A DNA stretch of 58,945 bases from Candidatus Omnitrophota bacterium (GTDB lineage Bacteria > Omnitrophota > Gorgyraeia > Zapsychrales > JBDRMG01): NCBI GenBank assembly GCA_043812495.1, contig JBDRMG010000021.1, positions 1 to 58,945 of the forward strand, given 5' to 3'. Below the pieces are notes generated by a model that was given only the letters and a program-made list of their open reading frames with translations, was not told where the DNA came from and did not search any database. Position numbers and translations under genes: made by a program. The stretch's first letter is position 1. The number at the start of each line of letters is the position of its first letter. Below are positions 10,021 to 19,294 of this stretch, in pieces.

Positions 10021-11306
10021 GGGATTCTAAAATCAATGAATTTTAGCATTAAGACAGCTTGACGCCTTGTTTTTGCAATAAATACGATAAAAAATGTCGC
10101 AATAAAATAAGAAATTACCGTTGCAATGGCTGCTCCTATTATCCCGTAATATTTTATCAAAACAAGATTTAATAAGACATTGCTTATCATGCCTACGGAG
10201 GTTCTCAAAAACGCAATTCTTGTATAATTCTCCGATATTAAATATTTTCCATTGGCAACACCTAAAAAGACAAAGATACTTGACCAAATATAGATCCTTA
10301 AGACACTTACAGACTCGAGATATGGTGCGCCAAATAATATTTTGATAATTGGAACAGCAAAAAGAGTTCCTGGAATCGCAACGACGACAGCAATCCAGAA
10401 CATTAAAGCATATAGTTCTTGCAGCCTACGGTGATATAAATCGATACTTGTTTTCTTCGAGTTAAGAATAGCCGGAAAGAGTGAACCGCAGATAAGCGTT
10501 GGGATAAAATACCAAACTTCGGATAAGCGGACGGCGACTGCGTATATTCCTACAGAGGCGTCACCGATCATGTGCTTGATCATGACCTGGTCGATTTTCA
10601 TATAGATAGAAATGGCAATTCCCGATAAAACCAATGGCCAGGCATCTTTCATTAGAGATAAGGATAATTTCCAGTTGATTTTCCATCTTAAGAAAGATAA
10701 AGATTTTCGTAAATAGTTGAAGATCAATCCGGATGCCAGAAGAACGCTATCTAATAAAATTATATAGGCAAACCACAGTAAGGGAGCTTTCAGGAAAATC
10801 AGGACTAGCTTTAAGATCGAAGATATGATGAGCTGTATGATTTGTGCAAAGACGACGTTCTTGGATAATACCTGGGATTGAAAATAGTAGTCGAGGACAT
10901 TAAAAGATTGAAAAATTAACCCACCTGTAATAATAAGTATAATGCTATTTGTGGTTTGGTCGTCTTTTGTGAACCGCGTCAATAACGCGATGATGAAAAA
11001 AACAATGATGGAGCCTAGTAGTCTCAGAATAAAGGATGTACCTAGGATTTCATCCCGTTTGTCAACGTGCCGAATCAACTCTCTTACAAGGATGCTATCT
11101 AAACCAGCAGCCGCCAAGGCAGAAAACAATGCAACAAAACTTATTGCGTAGTTTAATACGCCATATTGATCGGGCCCAAGGAACCTCGCTACATACGCTC
11201 CGACGAAAACAAAAACAATGATGCGCAGAATCCTTTCGCCGATAAGCCAGGAGGTATTGGAAAAATATTTTCTTAAACTCTGCTTATTAAAATTAAAAGA
11301 TTTCAT
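10017..11306 (-). CDS. wzx: Oligosaccharide flippase (Wzx family)
   Basis: Multi-TM protein with ARFLGPDQYG, IYMKIDQVMI, GIYAVA and GIIGAAIAT. Confidence 0.9.
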   Translation of the reverse strand: MKSFNFNKQSLRKYFSNTSWLIGERILRIIVFVFVGAYVARFLGPDQYGVLNYAISFVALFSALAAAGLDSILVRELIRHVDKRDEILGTSFILRLLGSIIVFFIIALLTRFTKDDQTTNSIILIITGGLIFQSFNVLDYYFQSQVLSKNVVFAQIIQLIISSILKLVLIFLKAPLLWFAYIILLDSVLLASGLIFNYLRKSLSFLRWKINWKLSLSLMKDAWPLVLSGIAISIYMKIDQVMIKHMIGDASVGIYAVAVRLSEVWYFIPTLICGSLFPAILNSKKTSIDLYHRRLQELYALMFWIAVVVAIPGTLFAVPIIKILFGAPYLESVSVLRIYIWSSIFVFLGVANGKYLISENYTRIAFLRTSVGMISNVLLNLVLIKYYGIIGAAIATVISYFIATFFIVFIAKTRRQAVLMLKFIDFRIP

Positions 11307-11314
11307 TTGAAAAT

Positions 11315-12409
11315 TTAGCCTTTGCCAATGTCTTCAAACAATTGAAAATAGCGTTGTGTAATGCTTTGCCATGAGTAATTCTCTTTAACGAATTCCCTGG
11401 CCCTTAAGCCGCAAGATTTTCGGTAGCTATCATTGCCCAGCATTTCAATGATTTTTTCTGCAAAAGCCCCATATTGATCATACTCAATGAGAAATCCGTT
11501 CTCCCTGTCGCGGATCGCATCCGTAATACCATCTACTGCCGAGGCCACGACCGGTAGGCCTGATGCGGCCGCCTCAAGCGCAACAATACCGAAGCCTTCG
11601 ATATCTCCGACAACAGGAACATTAGGCATGACAAAAATGTCTGAAAGCGCATAAATTTTCTTTAGCAGATGACTCCCCATCGGCAAAGAACCAAAAAGGT
11701 GAACATAGTCGTTCCATTCTTTTGCATCAATGGTGTTTTGTATTTTTCTTTTTAATGGTCCGTCGCCGACGATGAGATAAAGCAAATTTCTATTTTTTTC
11801 CAAAATTCGAGGAAGAATGTTCAGAATAAAGGAATCTACGCCTTTCTTAGAAATGAGTCGACCAACGGTTAATAAAATTCTTCTTCCTCTGAGTGATTGA
11901 CCGATCTTTTTCTCTATCGCGTCAATATCTTCTAGGGTGGGCTCGACATTGAAATCCTCGACATCAACTCCGTTTGGAATAACTTCTATTTTGTTCAACG
12001 GTACACTTTTTTGGAGGCATGCTTCTTTTAATTCCTGACTCACGCAGATGACTCTATCCGCATTTTTCAAGGACCAGGCAAGAACCTTTTGGTATAGGAT
12101 GAACGAAAAAGCCGCATCTTTACCGTGTATGGTGACAATCAGAGGTTTTCGGAATAAGTATTTCAGAACTACACCCAGAGGGCTTAATAATCCATCGGAG
12201 ACGTAAATACAAGCGATTTTTTGCCATAAGCAGACATAAGAGGATCTTAGAAACGCCCAGAAAACAAAAAACGGTAAGAAAATTTGACTTCCTCCCCAGA
12301 CCAAAAGCTGAAATTGGGTTTTCTTACGAAGATGGGCTACTAATTTCTCGTTGAATCTTTGCATCCCCCCTACGGAGGGAGGGAATTTTCGGGTGATATA
12401 TAAGATCAT
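11315..12409 (-). CDS. Glycosyltransferase family 4
   Basis: FPPSVGGM, VGRLISKKG and EGFGIVALEA motifs. Confidence 0.9.
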   Translation of the reverse strand: MILYITRKFPPSVGGMQRFNEKLVAHLRKKTQFQLLVWGGSQIFLPFFVFWAFLRSSYVCLWQKIACIYVSDGLLSPLGVVLKYLFRKPLIVTIHGKDAAFSFILYQKVLAWSLKNADRVICVSQELKEACLQKSVPLNKIEVIPNGVDVEDFNVEPTLEDIDAIEKKIGQSLRGRRILLTVGRLISKKGVDSFILNILPRILEKNRNLLYLIVGDGPLKRKIQNTIDAKEWNDYVHLFGSLPMGSHLLKKIYALSDIFVMPNVPVVGDIEGFGIVALEAAASGLPVVASAVDGITDAIRDRENGFLIEYDQYGAFAEKIIEMLGNDSYRKSCGLRAREFVKENYSWQSITQRYFQLFEDIGKG

Positions 12410-13365
12410 GAATCTTTGCGGATTGTATTGGTCAATTCAATGCGTTTGATTCTCAGGAGTATATCTTCTATCAGCCGTCGGTTGGCAGAAATCAGATCTG
12501 ATACCAAACCAACAACGCACAGTTGGAATCCGATGAGGATCAAAACCGCAGCTAAAATCAGAGATTGAATCTTACCCTGGCCTTCGCCGATCATATAGAA
12601 ATATACGAACCGAACGCCAATTAAAGAGCCGACCAAAGACATGATTAACCCAAATCGCATAAACAGGCGAAAAGGGTTAAACATCGAATAGACACGAATT
12701 AAAGTGACAAAGGATCGCTGGATGTATTCGGGAATACTTCTAAAAAGACGTGATTTTCTTTTCACTTCGTTTGTGGAAATGGTGATGTTTTCTATGGCAA
12801 GATTCTTGTCAGCAGCCTGAATAATGCTCTCAAGGGTATACGTATAACCTGAAATAATGTTCAAGCGGAGCGCCGCCTCCCGGCTGTAGGCGCGAAATCC
12901 GGTTGTGGCATCAGGAATCGCCAGACCGGACAACTGACGAACCACCCAACTTCCGATACGCTGCAGCTTTTTCTTAATAAAGGATGATTGTTTCATCTTT
13001 CCGATGTCTCGGTTACCAATGACGATATCCGCCCGTTGTTCGAGAATTGGCTGGATCAGGTGGGGGATATCTTCACCCTTGTATTGTCCATCCGCGTCGG
13101 TATTGACGATAATATCGGCTCCGGCCTTGATAGCCGCATCTAAGCCTGCATTAAAGGCTCTGGCAAGGCCTCTTTGTTTTGTAAACCGCATCACATGTTG
13201 GACACCGTGCGCTTTGGCAATGTCAGAAGTTTTATCCGAGCTTCCGTCATCGATAATCAGGACTTCGATCTTATCAATGCCGTCGATATGCCGAGGTAGA
13301 TCACTCAAGGTTTTGGGTAAGGACTCCTCTTCATTCAAGCACGGAATTTGGATGATTAATTTCAT
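12406..13365 (-). CDS. GT2 polyprenol-phosphate glycosyltransferase-like protein
   Basis: IPCLNEE, DDGSSD, DADGQY and DATTGFRAYSR motifs; two C-terminal TM helices. Confidence 0.88.
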   Translation of the reverse strand: MKLIIQIPCLNEEESLPKTLSDLPRHIDGIDKIEVLIIDDGSSDKTSDIAKAHGVQHVMRFTKQRGLARAFNAGLDAAIKAGADIIVNTDADGQYKGEDIPHLIQPILEQRADIVIGNRDIGKMKQSSFIKKKLQRIGSWVVRQLSGLAIPDATTGFRAYSREAALRLNIISGYTYTLESIIQAADKNLAIENITISTNEVKRKSRLFRSIPEYIQRSFVTLIRVYSMFNPFRLFMRFGLIMSLVGSLIGVRFVYFYMIGEGQGKIQSLILAAVLILIGFQLCVVGLVSDLISANRRLIEDILLRIKRIELTNTIRKDS

Positions 13366-13396
13366 ATATTCCTCCTAATGATTGATTAGCTCAATA

Positions 13397-13426
13397 ATTA
13401 TAACAAAACAATCCCGTTTAATACAA
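13397..13426 (-). promoter_or_regulatory. Putative sigma70 promoter of glycan cluster
   Basis: TTGTAT-N18-TATAAT with a TGn extended -10. Confidence 0.6.
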
Positions 13427-13451
13427 TGTGTTTGTTGTAATATAAATATGG

Positions 13452-13500
13452 AAAAATAAGCGGCCGTCTTTTGCTGAAAAAAGCAAAAGACGGCCGCTTA
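13452..13500 (-). terminator. Intrinsic terminator after TonB receptor
   Basis: 19-bp stem TAAGCGGCCGTCTTTTGCT/AGCAAAAGACGGCCGCTTA with a U-run on the minus strand. Confidence 0.8.
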
Positions 13501-13522
13501 AAAGAGCGTTCAAATGCACGTA

Positions 13523-15547
13523 TTAGAATTTTCCCTTAACCCCAAGGACAAAATTCATCTCCGGAGCCGGAAAATGATCTTTATTGGTGGATTTTGCGCT
13601 TTTAACCACATAGGTATAATATTGCTCGTTAAAAATGTTATTGAGTGAAATAAAGCATTCCAGATGCTTGATATCAAAGGCGATTTTAGCATCCAGAAGA
13701 GCATACGGCTTGATAGGTGGGGTTTCGTTAAGCGTGTCGTTGATAGCAAAACGGCTCCCGACATAAGTTCCGATCAATGACAGTTTGTAACGATCAAACA
13801 ATTCTAAATTTAATCCCGAGCTCACCTGATGGCGAGGGGCCATAGGAATAAGTTTTTTCTCAAAAGCACCTTCACTGAATTTTGGCTCCTGATAAGTATA
13901 ATTAGCGAAAAATTTGAGCTTGCTCAACCACGGAAGATCCATAAATTTTAAGAGGTCGGCTTCCAGGCCCGTCTCCAAGCCGACCCTTCGTGTTTTATCA
14001 TAATTGTCATTCGAGCCGAAGGACCCCGATGTCGGATTAAAGAAGATCTCGTTCTTCAAATCCATCCAATATGGTGTTAGGCTGACAGTGATCTTATTAT
14101 CAAAGTTATGTTTGAGGCCGATTTCATACTGGATGCCGTTTTGATGATCAATGTCAGTGTTCAATCCCGACCAGGTATCATACCATTCATCCGTTGAGAG
14201 AAATCGGAATGTCTGCTGGACATTAAAATGAACATTTGAACCCTTGGCGTATTCATATTTCGCCCCGAGTATAGTAACGGTTTCGCTGGGCTCAATTTCG
14301 TCATAAAAGGGCGTGTCGCGCCGGTCAAAGGTATAAGCGGCCTTCTGATAGCGAAGACCGCCATTGATAAAACCGTGTTCGAGAATCTCGTATTCCGTAA
14401 AGAGATACCCGCCGATTTCCTCTTTGGATATCGTCAAGTCATCGGTGCTGGCGCTGATCCCCGCCCCGCTTCCCAGAATATCATTGGTGACATCGTACCA
14501 ATCGATTCCTGTAACAAAATTGAACTCCTTTGAAAATAGAGTTTTATCAAAGATATACTTAGCGGATAATCCGTACGTATCATTCGAGCGTTTTGTCGCG
14601 GTTGCGCCAAAGGCGCCGTAATCAAACCAGGCATAGGTATCTTTATTATTAAAGAAAAAATCCACGACAAAATGGCCGAAGTCCATGTCTTCCGGCCATG
14701 GTTTCAGGTCGATGGCCAATTTGACATGGCGGTCTTTGCTTGAGGCGCGATCTTCGGCGTTTGCCGATCCGCGTCGACCTAGATCCTCCAGCTCTGCAAA
14801 GCTTAATCCGCCGGGCAGGCCATAATCATCCTCATGCCATCCGGCTATTAAATCAAATGAAGCCATGTCAAAGATTTTGTAGCCAAGACGCATATCATAG
14901 TCCTTAGCTAATAAATCACTATTTTCTCTATAGCCGTCGGTATCGGAATATTTTGAGTAAAAATAATAGGATAGCTCTTTCCATTCACCGGATAATTCCG
15001 CCTCTTCACTAAGCGCATCGTAACTTCCGTAGTTGACACCCACCTGACCGGACAGTGGCCCCTTGCCTTTTTTAGTGATGATATTGATGACCCCGCCGAC
15101 GGCGTTATCACCGTAAAGAACCGAACCGGCCCCGCGGATGATTTCTATTCTGTCAACTGCTTCGAGGGGGATTTGAATTAAATCCGGTCCGGAGATATCA
15201 ATGGGATTGACTCGACGGTCATTCACAAGAACAAGAACATTTCTTGTGGCCGTATCCCCGAAACCGCGGATATCCACCACAGACGTTTTGGTGGTTCCGG
15301 TGTTGTAGACACTGACACCAAGCTCTTCTTTAAGAACATCTGCAATATTTTCCGCACTCGATTCCTCGATGTCTTCTCGTGTGATCACGGATACATTTCC
15401 GGTGATCTTATAGTCATGTTGAGCGATGCGACTCGCGGTGACAACGATTCTGTCGAGATCAAAAGCTTGGTTGTCCTGGCCGAAAACAACATCACTAAAG
15501 GCCAATAGACAACAGATTGTAATCAATAAAATAACAATATTTTTCAT
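13523..15547 (-). CDS. btuB: TonB-dependent receptor, probable cobalamin transporter
   Basis: Signal peptide, DRIVVTASR TonB box, RIEIIRGAGSVLYG..AVGGVINIITK plug motif and C-terminal Phe; lies downstream of a B12 riboswitch. Confidence 0.85.
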   Translation of the reverse strand: MKNIVILLITICCLLAFSDVVFGQDNQAFDLDRIVVTASRIAQHDYKITGNVSVITREDIEESSAENIADVLKEELGVSVYNTGTTKTSVVDIRGFGDTATRNVLVLVNDRRVNPIDISGPDLIQIPLEAVDRIEIIRGAGSVLYGDNAVGGVINIITKKGKGPLSGQVGVNYGSYDALSEEAELSGEWKELSYYFYSKYSDTDGYRENSDLLAKDYDMRLGYKIFDMASFDLIAGWHEDDYGLPGGLSFAELEDLGRRGSANAEDRASSKDRHVKLAIDLKPWPEDMDFGHFVVDFFFNNKDTYAWFDYGAFGATATKRSNDTYGLSAKYIFDKTLFSKEFNFVTGIDWYDVTNDILGSGAGISASTDDLTISKEEIGGYLFTEYEILEHGFINGGLRYQKAAYTFDRRDTPFYDEIEPSETVTILGAKYEYAKGSNVHFNVQQTFRFLSTDEWYDTWSGLNTDIDHQNGIQYEIGLKHNFDNKITVSLTPYWMDLKNEIFFNPTSGSFGSNDNYDKTRRVGLETGLEADLLKFMDLPWLSKLKFFANYTYQEPKFSEGAFEKKLIPMAPRHQVSSGLNLELFDRYKLSLIGTYVGSRFAINDTLNETPPIKPYALLDAKIAFDIKHLECFISLNNIFNEQYYTYVVKSAKSTNKDHFPAPEMNFVLGVKGKF

Positions 15548-15594
15548 TTTTTAAATCCTTTCGATTTTTTTGATGCGCTGTTAGGGTGAAGGTG

Positions 15595-15633
15595 AAATAA
15601 AAAAATCCCAGCCGAATGATTTCAGCTGGGATT
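15595..15633 (-). terminator. Riboswitch-associated attenuator terminator
   Basis: Minus strand AATCCCAGC-loop-GCTGGGATT followed by a U-rich tail, between the aptamer and btuB. Confidence 0.75.
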
Positions 15634-15701
15634 GCACCCTGATTTACTTAGTCCCTTTATGCAGTTTCTATGCCATTTCCTCGCGGCAAAAGAAAACAAA
15701 A

Positions 15702-15918
15702 CTAGATAGGTAGGTCTTCTGGCTCTCCCGCCCTTTTGACCGCCTTCCCATTCTCACCCGGAGAACAGTGGCTCTATTATTGTGTCAAAAGGGTTCCCTC
15801 TTTCGTTCTCGAAAAAGGGCGGGATTACAGCGGCGGGACCGCGCCTGACTTCCTGCCAATCGCGCAGGGCACAGGCTTCCCTTTTAATTCTCTTTAAAAT
15901 CCGAGAAACCTATTTAGA
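15702..15918 (-). ncRNA. Cobalamin riboswitch
   Basis: Minus strand AGGT...AAAAGGGAA...GCGGTCCCGCCGCTGTAA...GCCACTG...GGGAAGGC...AGCCAGAAGACCTACCT (B12 box); P1 TAAATAGGT/ACCTATCTA. Confidence 0.93.
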
Positions 15919-15922
15919 TTAT

Positions 15923-16429
15923 TTAGTTTGTTAAAAGAGCATGAGCCAAGCGTGTGTCTTTGACTCGTAAGGCGATATATTCATATAGACCAAAAAGTGC
16001 AGTGCTATAGACTAATGTGCTAACTAAGGTATTTCTAAAAAACGGTATCGCTAAGCTGAAACATTGAATCAAACCGGCTAAAGTGTTCGGATAGAGGCCG
16101 GTCAGCCAGACACCAAAATTGGTGACGATAAAGAAAAGAACGGCGCTTGCGATGCTGCCGCCAAAAATAAGAGCAAAACTTTTTCTTGTTTTGATCCAAA
16201 GGCCTAAGGCCGCGATGATGGCCATGCTGCCCCATGTGTAGAGAATTGTCTCATGAAGACCCAAGAACAGATCAGCCAAGATCATTAAAGCAACAGGTAA
16301 AATGACCGCGTAGCGTTTGTTGAGATAGACACCGCTAAAAAGGGCTACCGCTAAAATAGGCGTGAAATTCGGTTCATGAACGATCAATCGAGTCAATACA
16401 CCAAAGACCAATAGAATAATCGCTAACAT
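15923..16429 (-). CDS. DUF6580/BtuM-like membrane protein, putative cobalamin transporter
   Basis: R...H.PNFTP..A.ALF.G, LFFIVTNFGVW, YP.T..GL..C and AIPFFRNT motifs; B12 context. Confidence 0.75.
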   Translation of the reverse strand: MLAIILLVFGVLTRLIVHEPNFTPILAVALFSGVYLNKRYAVILPVALMILADLFLGLHETILYTWGSMAIIAALGLWIKTRKSFALIFGGSIASAVLFFIVTNFGVWLTGLYPNTLAGLIQCFSLAIPFFRNTLVSTLVYSTALFGLYEYIALRVKDTRLAHALLTN

Positions 16430-16450
16430 ATTTTTTCTCCTTTTGTGTCT

Positions 16451-16479
16451 AATATAGTGGAATTATAATTTTCTGTCAA
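16451..16479 (-). promoter_or_regulatory. Sigma70 promoter of the B12 uptake unit
   Basis: TTGACA-N17-TATATT. Confidence 0.7.
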
Positions 16480-16500
16480 GAACTTGTTGCGCGAAAAAGG

Positions 16501-17355
16501 TCAAACGCTTTTTCGTATGGCGCCAGAAACTTTCTCAAGAATGTCCGTTGCTATCATTGAGGTCATCGACCGCTTTTTAGCTGCAAGATCACCGGCCCGG
16601 CCATGAATATAAGCCGCAAACTTCGCCGCATTAAAAGCAGAAAGCCCTTGAGCCAAGAACGCCGCAATGATTCCCGTTAAGACATCTCCGCATCCGGCCG
16701 TTGCCATACCCGGATTTCCCGTTCGGTTGATGTACAAACGCCCGCGTTGATCGGCCACGACAGTTCGGTTTCCTTTTAGAAGAACAATGCAGCGGTATTT
16801 TTTAGCAAAGTCTTTAGCGACCTTCGTTCGATCTTTCTCAATGTCACTTTTTCTTAAACCCGTTAATCGGGACATTTCACCGGGATGAGGTGTAATGATT
16901 TTCTGCGCTTTATTTTTTAAAAGGATTTCTGGATTTTTAGAAAGGGCATTGCAAGCATCCGCATCAATAACAAGAGGAATCGGACTCACGGCAACTATTT
17001 TGCGGATAAGCTTCTGAGTACTTTGATGTTGCGATAAGCCTGGCCCGATGGCCAGGACAGCGAACGACAAAAATCTTTTCTGGATTTGGCTCAAAGCCGC
17101 GATAGACAATGCCTGGTCTTTTGTTTCATTTAAGGAAAGCGTCATGATGGTTGGCGAGATTTTCTTTTGAGCAACACCGTTAAGGCTTTTAGGAACACCG
17201 AGGGTGACCAAACCGGCTCCTGCGCGCAGCGCCGCCAAGGATGTCAAGGCCGCCGCACCCATCATGTGTCTTGAGCCGGCCAAGACAAGAACGTGACCGA
17301 ACGTATTTTTATGAACGTTTTTCTTTTGACGTAATAAGGGCGCTGGCAACCGCAT
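16501..17355 (-). CDS. nnrD: ADP-dependent NAD(P)H-hydrate dehydratase (stand-alone)
   Basis: HK..FG.V.V.AGS, IGPGL, VIDADA, TPHPGEM.RL and MATAGCGDVL motifs. Confidence 0.92.
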   Translation of the reverse strand: MRLPAPLLRQKKNVHKNTFGHVLVLAGSRHMMGAAALTSLAALRAGAGLVTLGVPKSLNGVAQKKISPTIMTLSLNETKDQALSIAALSQIQKRFLSFAVLAIGPGLSQHQSTQKLIRKIVAVSPIPLVIDADACNALSKNPEILLKNKAQKIITPHPGEMSRLTGLRKSDIEKDRTKVAKDFAKKYRCIVLLKGNRTVVADQRGRLYINRTGNPGMATAGCGDVLTGIIAAFLAQGLSAFNAAKFAAYIHGRAGDLAAKKRSMTSMIATDILEKVSGAIRKSV

Positions 17356-17674
17356 AATTTTTTGTATGAGAAATGGAGATTAAAATTTCATCCTTGAAGG
17401 TTTTATCGCGAAAAAGACAAATGGGTTTTCCGCTTTTTTCATTCTTGATTTGGATATCCTTCCAATTGATGTGGGCATTATCGCCGAAGGCCTTGAGGAC
17501 GGCTTCCTTGGCGGCAAATCGCGCGGCAAAATGCTGATTGGGAAAACGCTGTTTTCTCGCGTAGGCAATCTCTTCATCGGTAAACACATGATGGAGAAAT
17601 CCGTCTCCCCAGCGGTCAATGGCGCCGGCGATGCGTTCGATTTCGATAATGTCAATACCGCTTCCTTTAATCAT
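17309..17674 (-). CDS. acpS: Holo-ACP synthase
   Basis: GIDIIEIERI, AARFAAKEA..KA and SISH motifs. Confidence 0.95.
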   Translation of the reverse strand: MIKGSGIDIIEIERIAGAIDRWGDGFLHHVFTDEEIAYARKQRFPNQHFAARFAAKEAVLKAFGDNAHINWKDIQIKNEKSGKPICLFRDKTFKDEILISISHTKNYAVASALITSKEKRS

Positions 17675-18392
17675 GATTCATTAAAGCGAGTCTTCGCATT
17701 TCCCTCACAGCTTGTTTAAGTCCGACAAAAACAGCACGCGCGATGATCGAATGGCCGATATTCAATTCTTCTATTCCTTTGATGCGCGCGACTGCGCGTG
17801 TGTTCTGATAATTTAATCCGTGGCCCGCGTGCACAGTAAGACCGATCTTGCGGCCCAATAATACACCCGCTTTGATTTTACGCAGTTCTGAAGCAGCGGC
17901 CTTCTTTGTTTTGGCGTGCGCGTAACGACCCGTATGCAATTCAATCGCTTGCGCACCGGTCTCCTTGGCCTTGCGGATTTGCCTTGGATCGGGATCGATA
18001 AAGAGATTGACAATGATTTTCCGGGCTTTCAGTCTTTTCACCACCCGTTGAATGCGGTCAAAGTTTTTAATCACGTCAAGTCCGCCTTCCGTCGTTAGCT
18101 CTTCTCTTTTTTCCGGAACTAACGTTGCCTGATCCGGCTTTATACGAGCCGCAATACGGACAATCTCAGGTTCGATCGACATTTCAAGGTTGAATTTTAT
18201 TTTGAGAATTCGTCGAAGCGCAAGAATATCTCGATCGAGAATATGACGGCGATCTTCGCGTAAATGCGCGACAATGCTGTTTGCGCCGGCTTGTTGGCAG
18301 ATTTTCGCCGCGGCAATCGGATCGGGAGAAAATTCTCGTCGGGCCTGGCGCAATGTAGCCACATGATCGATATTAATGCCTAATTTGGGCAT
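17667..18392 (-). CDS. pdxJ: Pyridoxine 5'-phosphate synthase
   Basis: LGINIDHVATLRQAR, HLREDRRHI, TTEGGLD, AGHGL and ELNIGH motifs. Confidence 0.97.
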   Translation of the reverse strand: MPKLGINIDHVATLRQARREFSPDPIAAAKICQQAGANSIVAHLREDRRHILDRDILALRRILKIKFNLEMSIEPEIVRIAARIKPDQATLVPEKREELTTEGGLDVIKNFDRIQRVVKRLKARKIIVNLFIDPDPRQIRKAKETGAQAIELHTGRYAHAKTKKAAASELRKIKAGVLLGRKIGLTVHAGHGLNYQNTRAVARIKGIEELNIGHSIIARAVFVGLKQAVREMRRLALMNHD

Positions 18393-18398
18393 GGTCTT

Positions 18399-18506
18399 TT
18401 AGGGGGATTTGGATATTTCAAAAAAGACGTAAATCCAGGTGATGATGGCTAGAATTAAAGAAATGGCCTTCAATCCAAACTTATAGGTAAACCATTCTTT
18501 GATCAT
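18399..18506 (-). CDS. 35-aa membrane peptide resembling the N-terminal TM segment of CdaR/YbbR
   Basis: MIKEWFTYKFGLKAISLILAIITWIYVFFEISKSP; ATGA overlap with the cdaA stop; below the ORF-track cutoff. Confidence 0.75.
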   Translation of the reverse strand: MIKEWFTYKFGLKAISLILAIITWIYVFFEISKSP

Positions 18507-19294
18507 TTTCGCTCACTATATTTTAATAATAAACTCTTGAGGATATTTGTAAAACGTTCCTTATTGACAATCGGGATGAAGCGGCCATCTTCCGCAATCG
18601 ATACCTCTGTTGTTTCTTCGGAGACCATGACGACCACGGCATCCGTTTGTTCGGTCAGGCCGAGTGCGGCACGGTGGCGAGTCCCGATAATCTTGCTAAA
18701 GCTCGGATTCTCCGATAAGGGAAACAGGCAGGCCGCGGCTAAAATCCGCTCTCCACGGATGATAACGCCCCCGTCATGCAAAGGCGATGTGGGAATAAAA
18801 ATACTTTGGAGGAGCTCTGAGATGACCTTGCTGTCGATCGCTACCCCGCTTTCCAGATAAGCTTTAAGTCTTGTTTCCCTTTCAATGGCGATGATGCAGC
18901 CGATTTTTCTTGAGGAGAGCTTATAAACAGCCGAAGTGATTTCTTCTACCAAGGCTACGATTTCCTGCTCGGCCAAAGCCACGCCAAAAAGATGCTGCTG
19001 ACCTAAGCGTGCGAGGCCTTGACGAAGTTCCTGCTGAAAAATGATCAGGAAGGCAATAATAGATATCGCAAAAAATTTTGTCAATAGCCAATTAAGCGTA
19101 TTAAGCTGAAGGACCTGAGAGATGAGGAACGCTAAAACAATGTAGATGATTCCTTTGAGAACTTGAAAGGCGCGCGTGCCTTCAAAAAAGACGAGGATAC
19201 GATAGAAAACAAGCCAAAGAATAAGGATTTCAAATATAGTTCTCACGGAGAACCATATAAGGCTATCTCCGGCAAAGAAGTTAATCAAGCTCAT
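18503..19294 (-). CDS. cdaA: Diadenylate cyclase CdaA
   Basis: Three N-terminal TMs, IFQQELR, PLHDGG and GTRHRAA motifs. Confidence 0.95.
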   Translation of the reverse strand: MSLINFFAGDSLIWFSVRTIFEILILWLVFYRILVFFEGTRAFQVLKGIIYIVLAFLISQVLQLNTLNWLLTKFFAISIIAFLIIFQQELRQGLARLGQQHLFGVALAEQEIVALVEEITSAVYKLSSRKIGCIIAIERETRLKAYLESGVAIDSKVISELLQSIFIPTSPLHDGGVIIRGERILAAACLFPLSENPSFSKIIGTRHRAALGLTEQTDAVVVMVSEETTEVSIAEDGRFIPIVNKERFTNILKSLLLKYSERK

